A DNA stretch of 63,992 bases, filler included, from Vicugna vicugna (lineage: Eukaryota): NCBI GenBank assembly GCA_013265495.1. It is 77 parts of 77 records of this genome, joined end to end, with 100 filler letters (N's around TTAATTAATTAA, not from the genome) between each part and the next. Parts side by side here need not be neighbours in the genome. Positions count along the whole stretch, not along the records: positions 11,664 to 12,477 come from PNXW01009853.1; positions 12,578 to 12,861 come from MU059526.1; positions 12,962 to 13,750 come from PNXW01009858.1; positions 13,851 to 14,264 come from PNXW01009861.1; positions 14,365 to 15,765 come from MU059529.1; positions 15,866 to 16,889 come from MU059530.1; positions 16,990 to 17,786 come from MU059531.1; positions 17,887 to 18,672 come from PNXW01009903.1; 69 more parts are not named here. One strand, written 5' to 3'. Position numbers and translations under genes: made by a program. Positions within the stretch are counted from its first letter, which is position 1. The number at the start of each line of letters is the position of its first letter. This document shows, in pieces, positions 11,664 to 24,707 of this stretch. The notes beneath the pieces are model-generated. The model had not been told where the DNA came from. It was given only the letters and a program-made list of their open reading frames with translations, and did not search any database.

Positions 11664-12477
11664 TTTCTCCTGAACCCGTTCCTTTGTGCTGGATGAATGA
11701 ATGTCTCTATACATGCTCAGTTCTGAAAGATATGTGTGTGTGAAAGCCGTCCTTCACATAGCTTGAAGGGAACACAAAGTTTCTTTTCAGTTGCAAAATC
11801 CACACCATACATATATATGGGGAGATACAAGCTACAACTCGGTATTACAGTGCAAACTGCAGGAACTACAAACCGGCACTAGGAATCAGACTGAGAATCC
11901 AGAATAAGTGTTTCTCCTACAACACGTTCTATTTGTGCTGGATGAACGAACGTCTCTCCACATGCTCAGTTCTGAGAGATAATTGTGTGTGAAATTCGTC
12001 CTTCACATAGCTCGAAGGGAACACAAATTTTCTTTTCAGTTGCAAACTCCACACCATACAAATATATGGGGAGATACAAGCTCCAACTCGGTTTTACAGT
12101 GCAAACCGCAGGAATTTGAAACCGGCACTATGAAACACACTGAGAAACCAGATTAAGTGTTTCTCCTGCAACCCGTTCCTTTTGTGCAGGATGAACGAAC
12201 GTCTCTCCACATGCTCAGTTCTGAGAGATATGTGTGTGTGAAAGCCGTCCTTCACCTAGCTTGACGGGAACACAAAGTTTCTTTTCAGTTGCAAACCCCA
12301 CACCATACATATATATGGGAGGGGAGGCTCAAGCTCTAACTCGGGTTTTCAGTGCAAACCTCAGGAAATTCAATCCGGCACTAGGAAACAGACTGAGAAA
12401 CTAGAGTAAGTGTTTCACCTGCAAACCGTTCACATTGTGCTGGATGAAGGAACGTCTCTCCACATGCTCAGATCTGA
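11664..12477 (+). repeat. ~248-bp satellite (CTGCAG/PstI site in several monomers)
   Basis: Monomer starts at 11664, 11911, 12160 and 12413 (247-253 nt). Confidence 0.95.
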
Positions 12478-12577
12478 NNNNNNNNNNNNNNNNNNNNNNN
12501 NNNNNNNNNNNNNNNNNNNNNTTAATTAATTAANNNNNNNNNNNNNNNNNNNNNNNNNNNNNNNNNNNNNNNNNNNN

Positions 12578-12861
12578 ATAGAGAGGTACTCGCAAATACG
12601 TGGTTTTTGAGCCCAAACCACATTTTCCCCACACTTCCGCTTAGGCAAACTATCTGGGAAGACAAGCAAAGGGACTCAATTAGAACCCAGGCACTGCAGT
12701 CAGTTGGAGGAACTTCCCTGCACTCAGGATTCCGGAACACATTCTTGTGTGTGGGGGATTTGTCCATCCCCACTCCACCCAGATGCATGGGGGCAAAGGT
12801 GTTCCCTTTAGGGAGAAGTCTTCTAAGTACTTCCTCAATGGATCAGGGGGCACCCACTGCT
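12578..12861 (+). repeat. Diverged ~265-bp satellite (relative of the 267-bp family)
   Basis: Contains CACTCAGGATTCCGGAAC, AGGTGTTCCC and TTAGAACCCAG blocks. Confidence 0.8.
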
Positions 12862-12961
12862 NNNNNNNNNNNNNNNNNNNNNNNNNNNNNNNNNNNNNNN
12901 NNNNNTTAATTAATTAANNNNNNNNNNNNNNNNNNNNNNNNNNNNNNNNNNNNNNNNNNNN

Positions 12962-13750
12962 TGTATTCTGCATTTCCTATTCTATATTCTATATTCTGTT
13001 TTCTACGTTCTATATTCTAAAATATTTATTCAGTATTCTGTATTCTGTAATCTATATTTTATGTTCTGCATTCCAATTCTAAATTCTGGGTTCTATATTC
13101 TCTACTTTATATTCTATATTTTGTGTTCTTCATTCTTTATTCTACCTTCTTTATTCTCCATTCAGTACTCTATAATCTATATTCTGTGTTATTCAATATA
13201 CATTCTCAATTCTATATTCAGTATTCTTTATTCTGTTTTCTATATTCTGTGTTCTGCATTCCTGTTTATATATTCTATATACAGTATTCCGCATTCTATA
13301 TTCTTAATTCTGTGTACTGCATTCTATTTTCTAAATTCTATATTCAGTATACTGTATACTATATCCTAAATTCTGTGTTCTGAATTCCATGTTCTTAATT
13401 TTGGGTTATGTATTCTGTTTTCCCTATTCTATATTCTGTATTCTACTTTCTATATTATGTATTCTATATTCTGCTTTCCGTATTCTACATACCATATTCT
13501 GTGTTCTACATTCTATATTCTAAATTCGATATTCATTATTCTGTATTTTATATTCTAAATTCTGTGTTCTAAATTGCATGTTCTAAATCCTGGTTTCTAT
13601 ATTCTCTATTCTATATTTTGTGTTCATCATTCTATATTCTATATTTTATATTCTCTATTCTGCATTCCGTTTTCTATATACTATATTATGTGTTCGACTT
13701 CCTAGATTCTAAATTCTATATTCAGTATTCTGTATTCTGCATTCTAAATT
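12962..13750 (-). repeat. Heptamer (AGAATAT-derived) satellite
   Basis: ATATTCT/GTATTCT/GTGTTCT units in register on the + strand. Confidence 0.95.
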
Positions 13751-13850
13751 NNNNNNNNNNNNNNNNNNNNNNNNNNNNNNNNNNNNNNNNNNNNTTAATT
13801 AATTAANNNNNNNNNNNNNNNNNNNNNNNNNNNNNNNNNNNNNNNNNNNN

Positions 13851-14264
13851 TCGCTTAACTTGTCTACCCTCTTTGGTTGCCTGATACGGAGTGCTTGGGA
13901 AAGGGTGGGTTAGGCTCTAAACCCAAGTATTAGCGAGTGCTTCTCCATGTGATTTGGAGGTTATTAAGCAAAAACCCACAACATGGGAATACCTGTGCTC
14001 CTTGAAATATTCGTGGACTCTGTATCCCCACCTCCAGAACACACATGCAGAAGTGTTCTGCTATCCTGAGTGTGGGCTGGCAATTTCAGGTGACAGAAGC
14101 GGCTGGGTTCTAATAGAATCCCTTAGCTTCTAATCCCTGAGTGTTTCCCTAGGACTGACTCTGAGAGAAACCTGGGGGTTGGGCTTTGAGGTCAAATTGT
14201 ATCGAGTGCCCCCATGTATCGAGTGCCCCCCGATGGACTGAGGAAATATTTAGATGAATTCTCC
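13851..14264 (-). repeat. Diverged ~265-bp satellite
   Basis: 13990-14215 is near-identical to 23443-23665. Confidence 0.85.
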
Positions 14265-14364
14265 NNNNNNNNNNNNNNNNNNNNNNNNNNNNNNNNNNNN
14301 NNNNNNNNTTAATTAATTAANNNNNNNNNNNNNNNNNNNNNNNNNNNNNNNNNNNNNNNNNNNN

Positions 14365-15765
14365 GAATATACTATTTAGAATATAGAATGTAGAACTCAG
14401 ACATAGAATGTAGAATATAAATTATATAACACAGAATTTATAACATGGAATGCACAACACAGAAATTAGAATATATAATACATTATACTGATCATAGAAC
14501 TTAGAACATAGAATGCAGAACACATAATTTAGAATATGGAATACAGAATACTGAATATAGGATTGAGAACATGGAGTGCAGAACACAGAATTTCGAATAT
14601 AGAATACAGAATACTTAATATTGTATTTAGAATATAGAAAGTAGATCACAGAATATTGAATAGAGAATTTTGAATATGGAAGGCAGAACACAGAATTTAG
14701 AATATAGAATACANNNNNNNNNNNNNNNNNNNNNNNNNNNNNNNNNNNNNNNNNNNNNNNNNNNNNNNNNNNNNNNNNNNNNNNNNNNNNNNNNNNNNNN
14801 NNNNNNNNNNNNNNNNNNNNNNNNNNNNNNNNNNNNNNNNNNNNNNNNNNNNNNNNNNNNNNNNNNNNNNNNNNNNNNNNNNNNNNNNNNNNNNNNNNNN
14901 NNNNNNNNNNNNNNNNNNNNNNNNNNNNNNNNNNNNNNNNNNNNNNNNNNNNNNNNNNNNNNNNNNNNNNNNNNNNNNNNNNNNNNNNNNNNNNNNNNNN
15001 NNNNNNNNNNNNNNNNNNNNNNNNNNNNNNNNNNNNNNNNNNNNNNNNNNNNNNNNNNNNNNNNNNNNNNNNNNNNNNNNNNNNNNNNNNNNNNNNNNNN
15101 NNNNNNNNNNNNNNNNNNNNNNNNNNNNNNNNNNNNNNNNNNNNNNNNNNNNNNNNNNNNNNNNNNNNNNNNNNNNNNNNNNNNNNNNNNNNNNNNNNNN
15201 NNNNAATATAGAATACAGAATACTGAATATAGAATTTAGAATATAGAAAGCAGAACACAGAATATAGAATATAGAATAGAGAATTTAGAGCATGGAATTC
15301 AGAACTCAGAATTTAGAATATAGAATACAGAACACTGAATATAGAATTTAGAGTATAGAAAGTAGAACACAAAATATATAATATAGAATACGGAATGCAG
15401 AATATAGAATACAGAATATAGAAATTAGAACACAGAATATAAAATATGGAAAACAGAATATAGAAACCAGAATTTAGAACATGGAAAGCAGAATACAAAA
15501 TATAGAATATAGTATAGAGATGACTGAATATAGAATTTGAATATAGAATGTAGAACACAGAATATAGAATATAGAATACGGAATGCAAAATATATATTGC
15601 AGACTATAGAATGAAGTACGCAAAATATAGAATATAGAACAGAGTATATAGAAGCCAGAATTCAGAACATGGAATGCAGAACACAGAATTTCGAATATAA
15701 ATAAAAAATTCTGAATGTACGATTTTGAATATAGAATGGAGAACACAGGATATATAATAGAGTAT
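14365..15765 (+). repeat. Heptamer satellite
   Basis: NGAAYRY units; AGAACATGGA-type anchor at 15287, 15476 and 15664. Confidence 0.95.
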
Positions 15766-15865
15766 NNNNNNNNNNNNNNNNNNNNNNNNNNNNNNNNNNN
15801 NNNNNNNNNTTAATTAATTAANNNNNNNNNNNNNNNNNNNNNNNNNNNNNNNNNNNNNNNNNNNN

Positions 15866-16889
15866 GCACAGGTGTTCCAAGGTTGGGGAAGTTGTTTCAA
15901 ACCCTGCACTGCCCACAGAGATTCACTATCTAATACTTGGCTTTAGAGCCCATCCCCCACCATCGCTCACTGCTAGGCATAGGAAAACACTTATGGAAGT
16001 CAAGCTAAGGGATTCTACTCGAACCCAGGTGCTGCTGTCAGATGGAGGTGCCTACCCACACTCAGTATACCAGAACTGTTCTTCGTGGCTGTGCTGGAGG
16101 TGGGGAAAGGGAGACCACGCATTTATATGGGGGGCAGGTGNNNNNNNNNNNNNNNNNNNNNNNNNNNNNNNNNNNNNNNNNNNNNNNNNNNNNNNNNNNN
16201 NNNNNNNNNNNNNNNNNNNNNNNNNNNNNNNNNNNNNNNNNNNNNNNNNNNNNNNNNNNNNNNNNNNNNNNNNNNNNNNNNNNNNNNNNNNNNNNNNNNN
16301 NNNNNNNNNNNNNNNNNNNNNNNNNNNNNNNNNNNNNNNNNNNNNNNNNNNNNNNNNNNNNNNNNNNNNNNNNNNNNNNNNNNNNNNNNNNNNNNNNNNN
16401 NNNNNNNNNNNNNNNNNNNNNNNNNNNNNNNNNNNNNNNNNNNNNNNNNNNNNNNNNNNNNNNNNNNNNNNNNNNNNNNNNNNNNNNNNNNNNNNNNNNN
16501 NNNNNNNNNNNNNNNNNNNNNNNNNNNNNNNNNNNNNNNNNNNNNNNNNNNNNNNNNNNNNNNNNNNNNNNNNNNNNNNNNNNNNNNNNNNNNNNNNNNN
16601 NNNNNNNNNNNNNNNNNNNNNNNNNTATTCCGGTAGCCAGACTTGTGGGGGGAGGGATTTTTTTATCCGCACTCCACGTAGATGGATGTGGGCACAGGTG
16701 TACCCCTTTAGGGAGAATTCATCTAAATACTTCCTCAGTCCATCGGGGGGCACTCGCTACTATTTTGCCTCAAAGTCCAACCCCCAGCTTTCCCTCAGGG
16801 CCAGGCCTAGGGAACAAACCAGGTATTACAAGCTAAAGAATACTAATAGAACCCAGGCGCTGCTGTCACTTGAAAGTGCCGGCCCACAC
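15866..16889 (+). repeat. Diverged ~265-bp satellite
   Basis: 15866-16030 matches the reverse complement of ~24110-24272. Confidence 0.85.
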
Positions 16890-16989
16890 NNNNNNNNNNN
16901 NNNNNNNNNNNNNNNNNNNNNNNNNNNNNNNNNTTAATTAATTAANNNNNNNNNNNNNNNNNNNNNNNNNNNNNNNNNNNNNNNNNNNN

Positions 16990-17786
16990 GGGGGGTTTGC
17001 AGGATATCCCAGTGACACTGGCTTCCTCCCCAAGATCAGGGTATTTGTTTCTCGGACTTTCCCGAACAGGGAACACCTGTGACTGTAGAGAGCTGCGTGG
17101 AGTTGTCTCTCGAGCTCCCCCACGCACTGACAATTGTTCCGGAATCCTGAGCGTGGGGAAGTTCCACCAACGGTCGTCAGCGCGTGNNNNNNNNNNNNNN
17201 NNNNNNNNNNNNNNNNNNNNNNNNNNNNNNNNNNNNNNNNNNNNNNNNNNNNNNNNNNNNNNNNNNNNNNNNNNNNNNNNNNNNNNNNNNNNNNNNNNNN
17301 NNNNNNNNNNNNNNNNNNNNNNNNNNNNNNNNNNNNNNNNNNNNNNNNNNNNNNNNNNNNNNNNNNNNNNNNNNNNNNNNNNNNNNNNNNNNNNNNNNNN
17401 NNNNNNNNNNNNNNNNNNNNNNNNNNNNNNNNNNNNNNNNNNNNNNNNNNNNNNNNNNNNNNNNNNNNNNNNNNNNNNNNNNNNNNNNNNNNNNNNNNNN
17501 NNNNNNNNNNNNNNNNNNNNNNNNNNNNNNNNNNNNNNNNNNNNNNNNNNNNNNNNNNNNNNNNNNNNNNNNNNCTCGGACTTCCCCGAACAGGGAACAA
17601 CTGTGACTGAAGAGAGCTGCGTGGAGTTGTCTCTCGAGCTCCCCCACGCACTGAAAATGGTTCCGGAATCCTGAGCGTCGGGAGGTTCCACCAACGGTCG
17701 GCAGGGCGTGGGTTCTAACGGAAAGTCTAAGCTCATTTCCACTGATGGTTTTCCAAATGTCTCTGTGCCAGGGAATGCTAGGGGGG
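16990..17786 (-). repeat. 267-bp GC-rich satellite
   Basis: Reverse complement of the family motif CCCCACGCTCAGGATTCCGGAACC; gapped. Confidence 0.95.
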
Positions 17787-17886
17787 NNNNNNNNNNNNNN
17801 NNNNNNNNNNNNNNNNNNNNNNNNNNNNNNTTAATTAATTAANNNNNNNNNNNNNNNNNNNNNNNNNNNNNNNNNNNNNNNNNNNN

Positions 17887-18672
17887 CTGAGTATAGAATT
17901 TAGAATATAGTATGAAGAACACAGAATATAGTATATAGACTATTGAATGCAGAATATAGAATAAAGAATATAGAATGATGAACACAAAATATAGAATATA
18001 GAATATAGAATATAGAATATAGAATATAGAATATAGAATATAGAATATAGAATATAGAATATAGAATATAGAATATAGAATATAGAATATAGAATATAGA
18101 ATATAGAATATAGAATATAGAATATAGAATGTAGAACACACAAAATGGAATGTAGAATACGGAACGCAGAATATTGAATACAGAATATAGAAAGTAGAAT
18201 TCAGAATATAGAATATAGAATTCGGAAAGCAGAATATAGAATATAGAATATAGAATGTTGAACACAGACTATAGAATACAGAGTAGAGAATATAGAACCC
18301 AGAATTTAGAACATGGAAAGCAGAATTCAGTATTTAGAATATAGAATACAGAATAATGAATATAGAATTTTGATTATAGAATGTAGGACACAGAATATAG
18401 AAATATAGAATGTAGAATAAGGAATGCAAAATATAGAATACAGAATATAGAATGTTGAACACAGAATGTAGAATATGGAAAACAGAATACAGAACCGAGA
18501 ATATAGGATATGGAATGCTGAACACATATTTTAGAATATATAATACAGAATACTGAATATAAAATTTTGAATATAGAAATATAAAACAGAATATGGAATG
18601 TAGAAAAATGATTAGAGAATATACAATACAGAATATAGAATGTAGGACACAGAATATAGAATATGTAATACA
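17887..18672 (+). repeat. Heptamer satellite with a pure (AGAATAT)n tract at 17993-18130
   Basis: About 19 perfect copies inside a degenerate array. Confidence 0.95.
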
Positions 18673-18772
18673 NNNNNNNNNNNNNNNNNNNNNNNNNNNN
18701 NNNNNNNNNNNNNNNNTTAATTAATTAANNNNNNNNNNNNNNNNNNNNNNNNNNNNNNNNNNNNNNNNNNNN

Positions 18773-19007
18773 TGTTTCAACCACCAAACATGTTACCTGT
18801 GCACTTTGAAATATTTAATTTCACTTGGAGGCTTCTTCCTATCACCAGAGTCAAGAATCACACTTTGATCCCAGAAAATCTCTCTTGGAGCGAATTCTAC
18901 CCTAGAGATATATAATTTGAATAGATTCCATCTTCATGATATTCCGTGTTCCGTACATGCTACATACATGACGGATTCAACAAACATGCATTCCTGAGTT
19001 GAGGGCT
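18773..19007 (+). repeat. Trimeric ~740-bp satellite, fragment
   Basis: Carries the GACGGATT...AAACATGCATTCCTGAGTTGAG block. Confidence 0.9.
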
Positions 19008-22000
19008 NNNNNNNNNNNNNNNNNNNNNNNNNNNNNNNNNNNNNNNNNNNNTTAATTAATTAANNNNNNNNNNNNNNNNNNNNNNNNNNNNNNNNNNNNN
19101 NNNNNNNTGACACCCTTCAATGCCTACTGTGTCAGTTCTAGTAAAACCCAACTCCATACACTCTCCACTGTCCTCCCCAGCAGGGGCACCCTCCAACCTG
19201 GATCACACAGGGCACTCTCCACGGGTCCCCACACAAAAAGCGTCCAGGCCTCTGCCCGGGCTGCACCTGCCACCTGAGCCACATTCTTGACTCCTTCTCC
19301 TGGCTGACACTTACTCTGTCCTCACAACTGTATGCAGGGCCCATTTCTTCCAGAAAGTCCTCTCAGATAATGTCCTTTAGGTCTTCGCTGGGCTCCATCT
19401 ATAGCAGCAGTACATGGTGACCAACTGGTTGTTTGCCCACTCCTTTGAGGCCACGAACTCTTGGGGACCACAAGAGAAGGAGTGAGAGATTACAAGAGGG
19501 GTGGGGAAAGCAAAAAGCAAAAATCACAGTCCAAGTCCCAAATTCAAGGATACTTTCTCAGAAAAAAGTATAAACCATTTCACATGTGTGCAATTTGGCT
19601 CCTATTTTTGTGGCTTGTGGACAGCAAGAGCTTGGTGTTCTAGTCCAAAGCCCAGATTACATGCAAAAAAATGTATATATTCATATCCAAAGGAAACCAG
19701 AGCTGCTCAAGAACAGTTTGCAGTTAGAATTGAAAGGAATTTTGATAAAGGCAAACTCTCCCTCTCTCGTCTTTCTTTTCTGGCATCCTATAAATTTAGA
19801 AGTATCTGCGTGAAAAAGAGATGGCTACAGCCCGTGATTATGCACTGGAGTGTTTGAGGCNNNNNNNNNNNNNNNNNNNNNNNNNNNNNNNNNNNNNNNN
19901 NNNNTTAATTAATTAANNNNNNNNNNNNNNNNNNNNNNNNNNNNNNNNNNNNNNNNNNNNCAACTACATAAATGACTTTGAAGCTAATCAACTGAGGAAG
20001 GACTCAAAAGGAAATTAAACGAAAATGAATGAGATTAGGTGTCAGAAGTGAGAGTAGTTTCAGCACTTTTCTCATCACGCTTCACTCGCCAGGCCTCTGA
20101 TCTTCCTTTATTTAGGTTTTCCTCATTGTCTTTGACTTAATTATGTTAACATGTTAAGTCACAAAGTATTACAATTTTTATTCATTTCTTCTAACCTACA
20201 GCTCCTTTCTATTAGGTTTTATTAGGCTTTTGAGGCCATTTTGTTAACACAAATATCAGTATTTACACTCACTGTTTTCTATTACTTAAATCTTAGTGGC
20301 TGATGAGATGCAGGTTCAAGCATTCACTTTACAGTAAACTTCACAGATGGTATCACAGATGGTGCACGCCCATGAGGAAGCATGGGATGTCTGGCTGTCC
20401 CTCTTTCGTGATGTCAGTGGCCAAGAAGGGTCATGTCNNNNNNNNNNNNNNNNNNNNNNNNNNNNNNNNNNNNNNNNNNNNTTAATTAATTAANNNNNNN
20501 NNNNNNNNNNNNNNNNNNNNNNNNNNNNNNNNNNNNNGAAATTGAGGATTTTCTTCATTGAAAATCAATAGAGGTTTCAAGAACATCTGTATTTCTGATG
20601 TATAGATTAAAATGACAAAATTTAGCGGGATTACGGAAACTCAAGGAAGATACCAGAAGTGTCTTTAAAGAGCTATTCTAAGACTGGGCTTGTGAAGAGA
20701 TTGTTAGTTGACAGAGACCCTCTTCTCACCCATAGTCCCTCTCCTTAGGTTGGAAAGGGCCAGCGTTTTCCCTGTGTGCAGTCCTGGTGCTTCAANNNNN
20801 NNNNNNNNNNNNNNNNNNNNNNNNNNNNNNNNNNNNNNNNNNNNNNNNNNNNNNNNNNNNNNNNNNNNNNNNNNNNNNNNNNNNNNNNNNNNNNNNNNNN
20901 NNNNNNNNNNNNNNNNNNNNNNNNNNNNNNNNNNNNNNNNNNNNNNNNNNNNNNNNNNNNNNNNNNNNNNNNNNNNNNNNNNNNNNNNNNNNNNNNNNNN
21001 NNNNNNNNNNNNNNNNNNNNNNNNNNNNNNNNNNNNNNNNNNNNNNNNNNNNNNNNNNNNNNNNNNNNNNNNNNNNNNNNNNNNNNNNNNNNNNNNNNNN
21101 NNNNNNNNNNNNNNNNNNNNNNNNNNNNNNNNNNNNNNNNNNNNNNNNNNNNNNNNNNNNNNNNNNNNNNNNNNNNNNNNNNNNNNNNNNNNNNNNNNNN
21201 NNNNNNNNNNNNNNNNNNNNNNNNNNNNNNNNNNNNNNNNNNNNNNNNNNNNNNNNNNNNNNNNNNNNNNNNNNNNNNNNNNNNNNNNNNNNNNNNNNNN
21301 NNNNNNNNNNNNNNNNNNNNNNNNNNNNNNNNNNNNNNNNNNNNNNNNNNNNNNNNNNNNNNNNNNNNNNNNNNNNNNNNNNNNNNNNNNNNNNNNNNNN
21401 NNNNNNNNNNNNNNNNNNNNNNNNNNNNNNNNNNNNNNNNNNNNNNNNNNNNNNNNNNNNNNNNNNNNNNNNNNNNNNNNNNNNNNNNNNNNNNNNNNNN
21501 NNNNNNNNNNNNNNNNNNNNNNNNNNNNNNNNNNNNNNNNNNNNNNNNNNNNNNNNNNNNNNNNNNNNNNNNNNNNNNNNNNNNNNNNNNNNNNNNNNNN
21601 NNNNNNNNNNNNNNNNNNNNNNNNNNNNNNNNNNNNNNNNNNNNNNNNNNNNNNNNNNNNNNNNNNNNNNNNNNNNNNNNNCCTTTGCCCTTTCATGGTC
21701 AGACTTGAACCTGTCCTGGCACCTGTGCGAGTGCCATTTNNNNNNNNNNNNNNNNNNNNNNNNNNNNNNNNNNNNNNNNNNNNTTAATTAATTAANNNNN
21801 NNNNNNNNNNNNNNNNNNNNNNNNNNNNNNNNNNNNNNNTGGAAATTTTGTAACGTGTAAAAATGACAAAGGGCTATTCATGAGTGTATTTTTAAAAACC
21901 TGCACAATTTAATAAGAAAAACAACAAACTGACAACAGGTTGCACACAGCTCCCTGTAGGAGAAGCCATGCAGATGGACTCTTATGTGAATGGGGCTGGA

Positions 22001-22864
22001 GCTGTAGAATTAGTTAGTCTTGCAAGTAACTCAGTTAAAAACAAATGCAAATGGGATACACTTCTAGAATATCTGAATACACTTCTAGAATATCTGAGTA
22101 AAAATCTTGGAAATCTTACTCCTCTATGAAGCAATGACAATGGCAAAATTTGTCAAAATTAACCTATGTAGAACTCTGGAAATTAAATCAAGGCCTCCAT
22201 CAATCCGGGGAATGTTTATTTGAGAAAAATAAAACAGCTAAATCTCCTTAAAGATAGTAAGATTTGTGACATTGTAACTTGATCTACCCCATTCCTGTAT
22301 CCTCACATAAATGTTGGCCTTTAAAAGCAATAGTCTCACCATCAAGGTAGGGGCAGAAGNNNNNNNNNNNNNNNNNNNNNNNNNNNNNNNNNNNNNNNNN
22401 NNNTTAATTAATTAANNNNNNNNNNNNNNNNNNNNNNNNNNNNNNNNNNNNNNNNNNNNCAAACTGGAGTACAATTGTCCTAGACAGACAGTGGTCTAAG
22501 AACTTCTGTTCTTGATTCCAACCAACTGAAAAAATGAAGTAGAAAACTCTGGCTCCTAATGCTCCTAATGCCGGCCCAAGTTCACTGGAGGCACTTCTCC
22601 AGGTCAGTCAACTCCCTGCAGGCAGGTGCAGTATGGTTAGGAAGAGAGGGTGGGGCGGCTGCAGAGAGGGGGGCAGCGGGAGGCGGGGGCAGCCCAGGCA
22701 AGGCGGTGGNNNNNNNNNNNNNNNNNNNNNNNNNNNNNNNNNNNNNNNNNNNNNNNNNNNNNNNNNNNNNNNNNNNNNNNNNNNNNNNNNNNNNNNNNNN
22801 NNNNNNNNNNNNNNNNNNNNNNNNNNNNNNNNNNNNNNNNNNNNNNNNNNNNNNNNNNNNNNNN

Positions 22865-23342
22865 TAGAAACAGAATATATCCTAACCTCCTCCTCCAACT
22901 CAATTAGATAGGTAGACAGATACAAAGACAGACAGACACACACACGTCTCCCCTACTCCTCAGTTAGGTAGGTAGAGAGACACACTAAACTCCTCCTCCA
23001 TTAGATAATAGATAGACAAACTTAATAGACTCTTTCTCCTCCTCCATTAGATAGATAGTCAGTGAGATAGACGGATAAACACACTAGCCTCTACCTTCTC
23101 CTTTTAGAGAGAGAGACACACATAGCCAGACACACGGGCCTCCTCCTTCTTCCCCATTAGATATAGATAGAGACAGACTCACAGACACACATACAGACAG
23201 ACACACTAGTCTCCTCCTCCTCTGACAGAGAGATAGACACTCTAGCCTCCTCCTACACTCGATTAGATATAGGTACATACATAGATATCTGATAGATAGA
23301 GAGACAGACATATTAGCCTACTCCTCCTCCATTAGAGTGCAT
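22865..23342 (+). repeat. Compound minisatellite: CTCCTCCTCCATTA + (GATA/GACA)n + CACACTAG
   Basis: Roughly ten degenerate units of ~40-65 nt. Confidence 0.8.
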
Positions 23343-23442
23343 NNNNNNNNNNNNNNNNNNNNNNNNNNNNNNNNNNNNNNNNNNNNTTAATTAATTAANN
23401 NNNNNNNNNNNNNNNNNNNNNNNNNNNNNNNNNNNNNNNNNN

Positions 23443-24607
23443 TACCTGTGCTCCTTGAAAGCAGCGTGGACTCTGTATCCCCACCACAAGAACACACATG
23501 AAGAATTTTTATGCTATCCTGAGTGTGGGCTGGCAGTTTCAGGTGACAGAAGCGGCTGGGTTCTAATAGAATCCCTTAGTTTGTAATCCCTGAGTGTTTC
23601 CCTAGGACTGACTCTGAGAGAAACCTGGGGGTTGGGCTTTGATGCCAAATAGTAGCGAGTGTCCCNNNNNNNNNNNNNNNNNNNNNNNNNNNNNNNNNNN
23701 NNNNNNNNNNNNNNNNNNNNNNNNNNNNNNNNNNNNNNNNNNNNNNNNNNNNNNNNNNNNNNNNNNNNNNNNNNNNNNNNNNNNNNNNNNNNNNNNNNNN
23801 NNNNNNNNNNNNNNNNNNNNNNNNNNNNNNNNNNNNNNNNNNNNNNNNNNNNNNNNNNNNNNNNNNNNNNNNNNNNNNNNNNNNNNNNNNNNNNNNNNNN
23901 NNNNNNNNNNNNNNNNNNNNNNNNNNNNNNNNNNNNNNNNNNNNNNNNNNNNNNCATGGGCAGTGGAGATGTTTAAACTACAACCCACAACTTGGGAATT
24001 ACTGTGACCCCTGAAAAATGCGTGTGCTATGTTTCCCCACGTCCAGCACACACAGAAAGTAGTGTTCTGGGGTTCTGAGTGTGGGGAGGTTCCTCCAACA
24101 AACATCAACACCTGGGTTTAATAGAATCCCTTAGCTTGACTTCCCTAAGTGTATTCCTAGGCCTAGCAGTAAGCGATGGTGGGGGATGGGCTATAAAGCC
24201 AAATATTAGTGAGTGCATCTCTGTGTTTAGTGGAGGGTTTTAAACTACTTCCCCAACCTTGGAACACCTGTGCCAGATAAAGATGCGTGGAATCTGTTTC
24301 CCCACCTCCAACACACACACGGAGACGTGCTCAGGTATCCTGATTGTGGGGAGGATCATCTAAATGACAGCAGCGCCTGGGTTCTAAAAGTATCCCTTAG
24401 CTTGTATTCCCTGAAGGCATGCCTAGGCTGGAGAGTGGGGGAAAGTGGGGTTGTGCTCTAAACCAAGTATTAGCGAGAGCCTATCCATGGGATGTGGGTT
24501 TTAACCTACAACCCACAACCATGGAATAAATGTGCCCCACTGAAATATGACTTTTTCCCTACATCCAGCACACACAAGAAAATTTGTTCTGGTATTGTGA
24601 GTGTGGG
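23443..24607 (-). repeat. Diverged ~265-bp satellite
   Basis: ATCCCTTAGCTT recurs ~267 nt apart; adjacent monomers are clearly diverged. Confidence 0.88.
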
Positions 24608-24707
24608 NNNNNNNNNNNNNNNNNNNNNNNNNNNNNNNNNNNNNNNNNNNNTTAATTAATTAANNNNNNNNNNNNNNNNNNNNNNNNNNNNNNNNNNNNN
24701 NNNNNNN

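Noticed and set aside
13061..18527. Hydrophobic YILYSIF-repeat ORFs resembling membrane proteins
   Set aside because: They are translations of the stop-poor strand of the heptamer satellite.
20704..21791. Long ORFs of 300+ aa (also 15993-16937, 55138-56196 and others)
   Set aside because: They consist almost entirely of X from N-runs.
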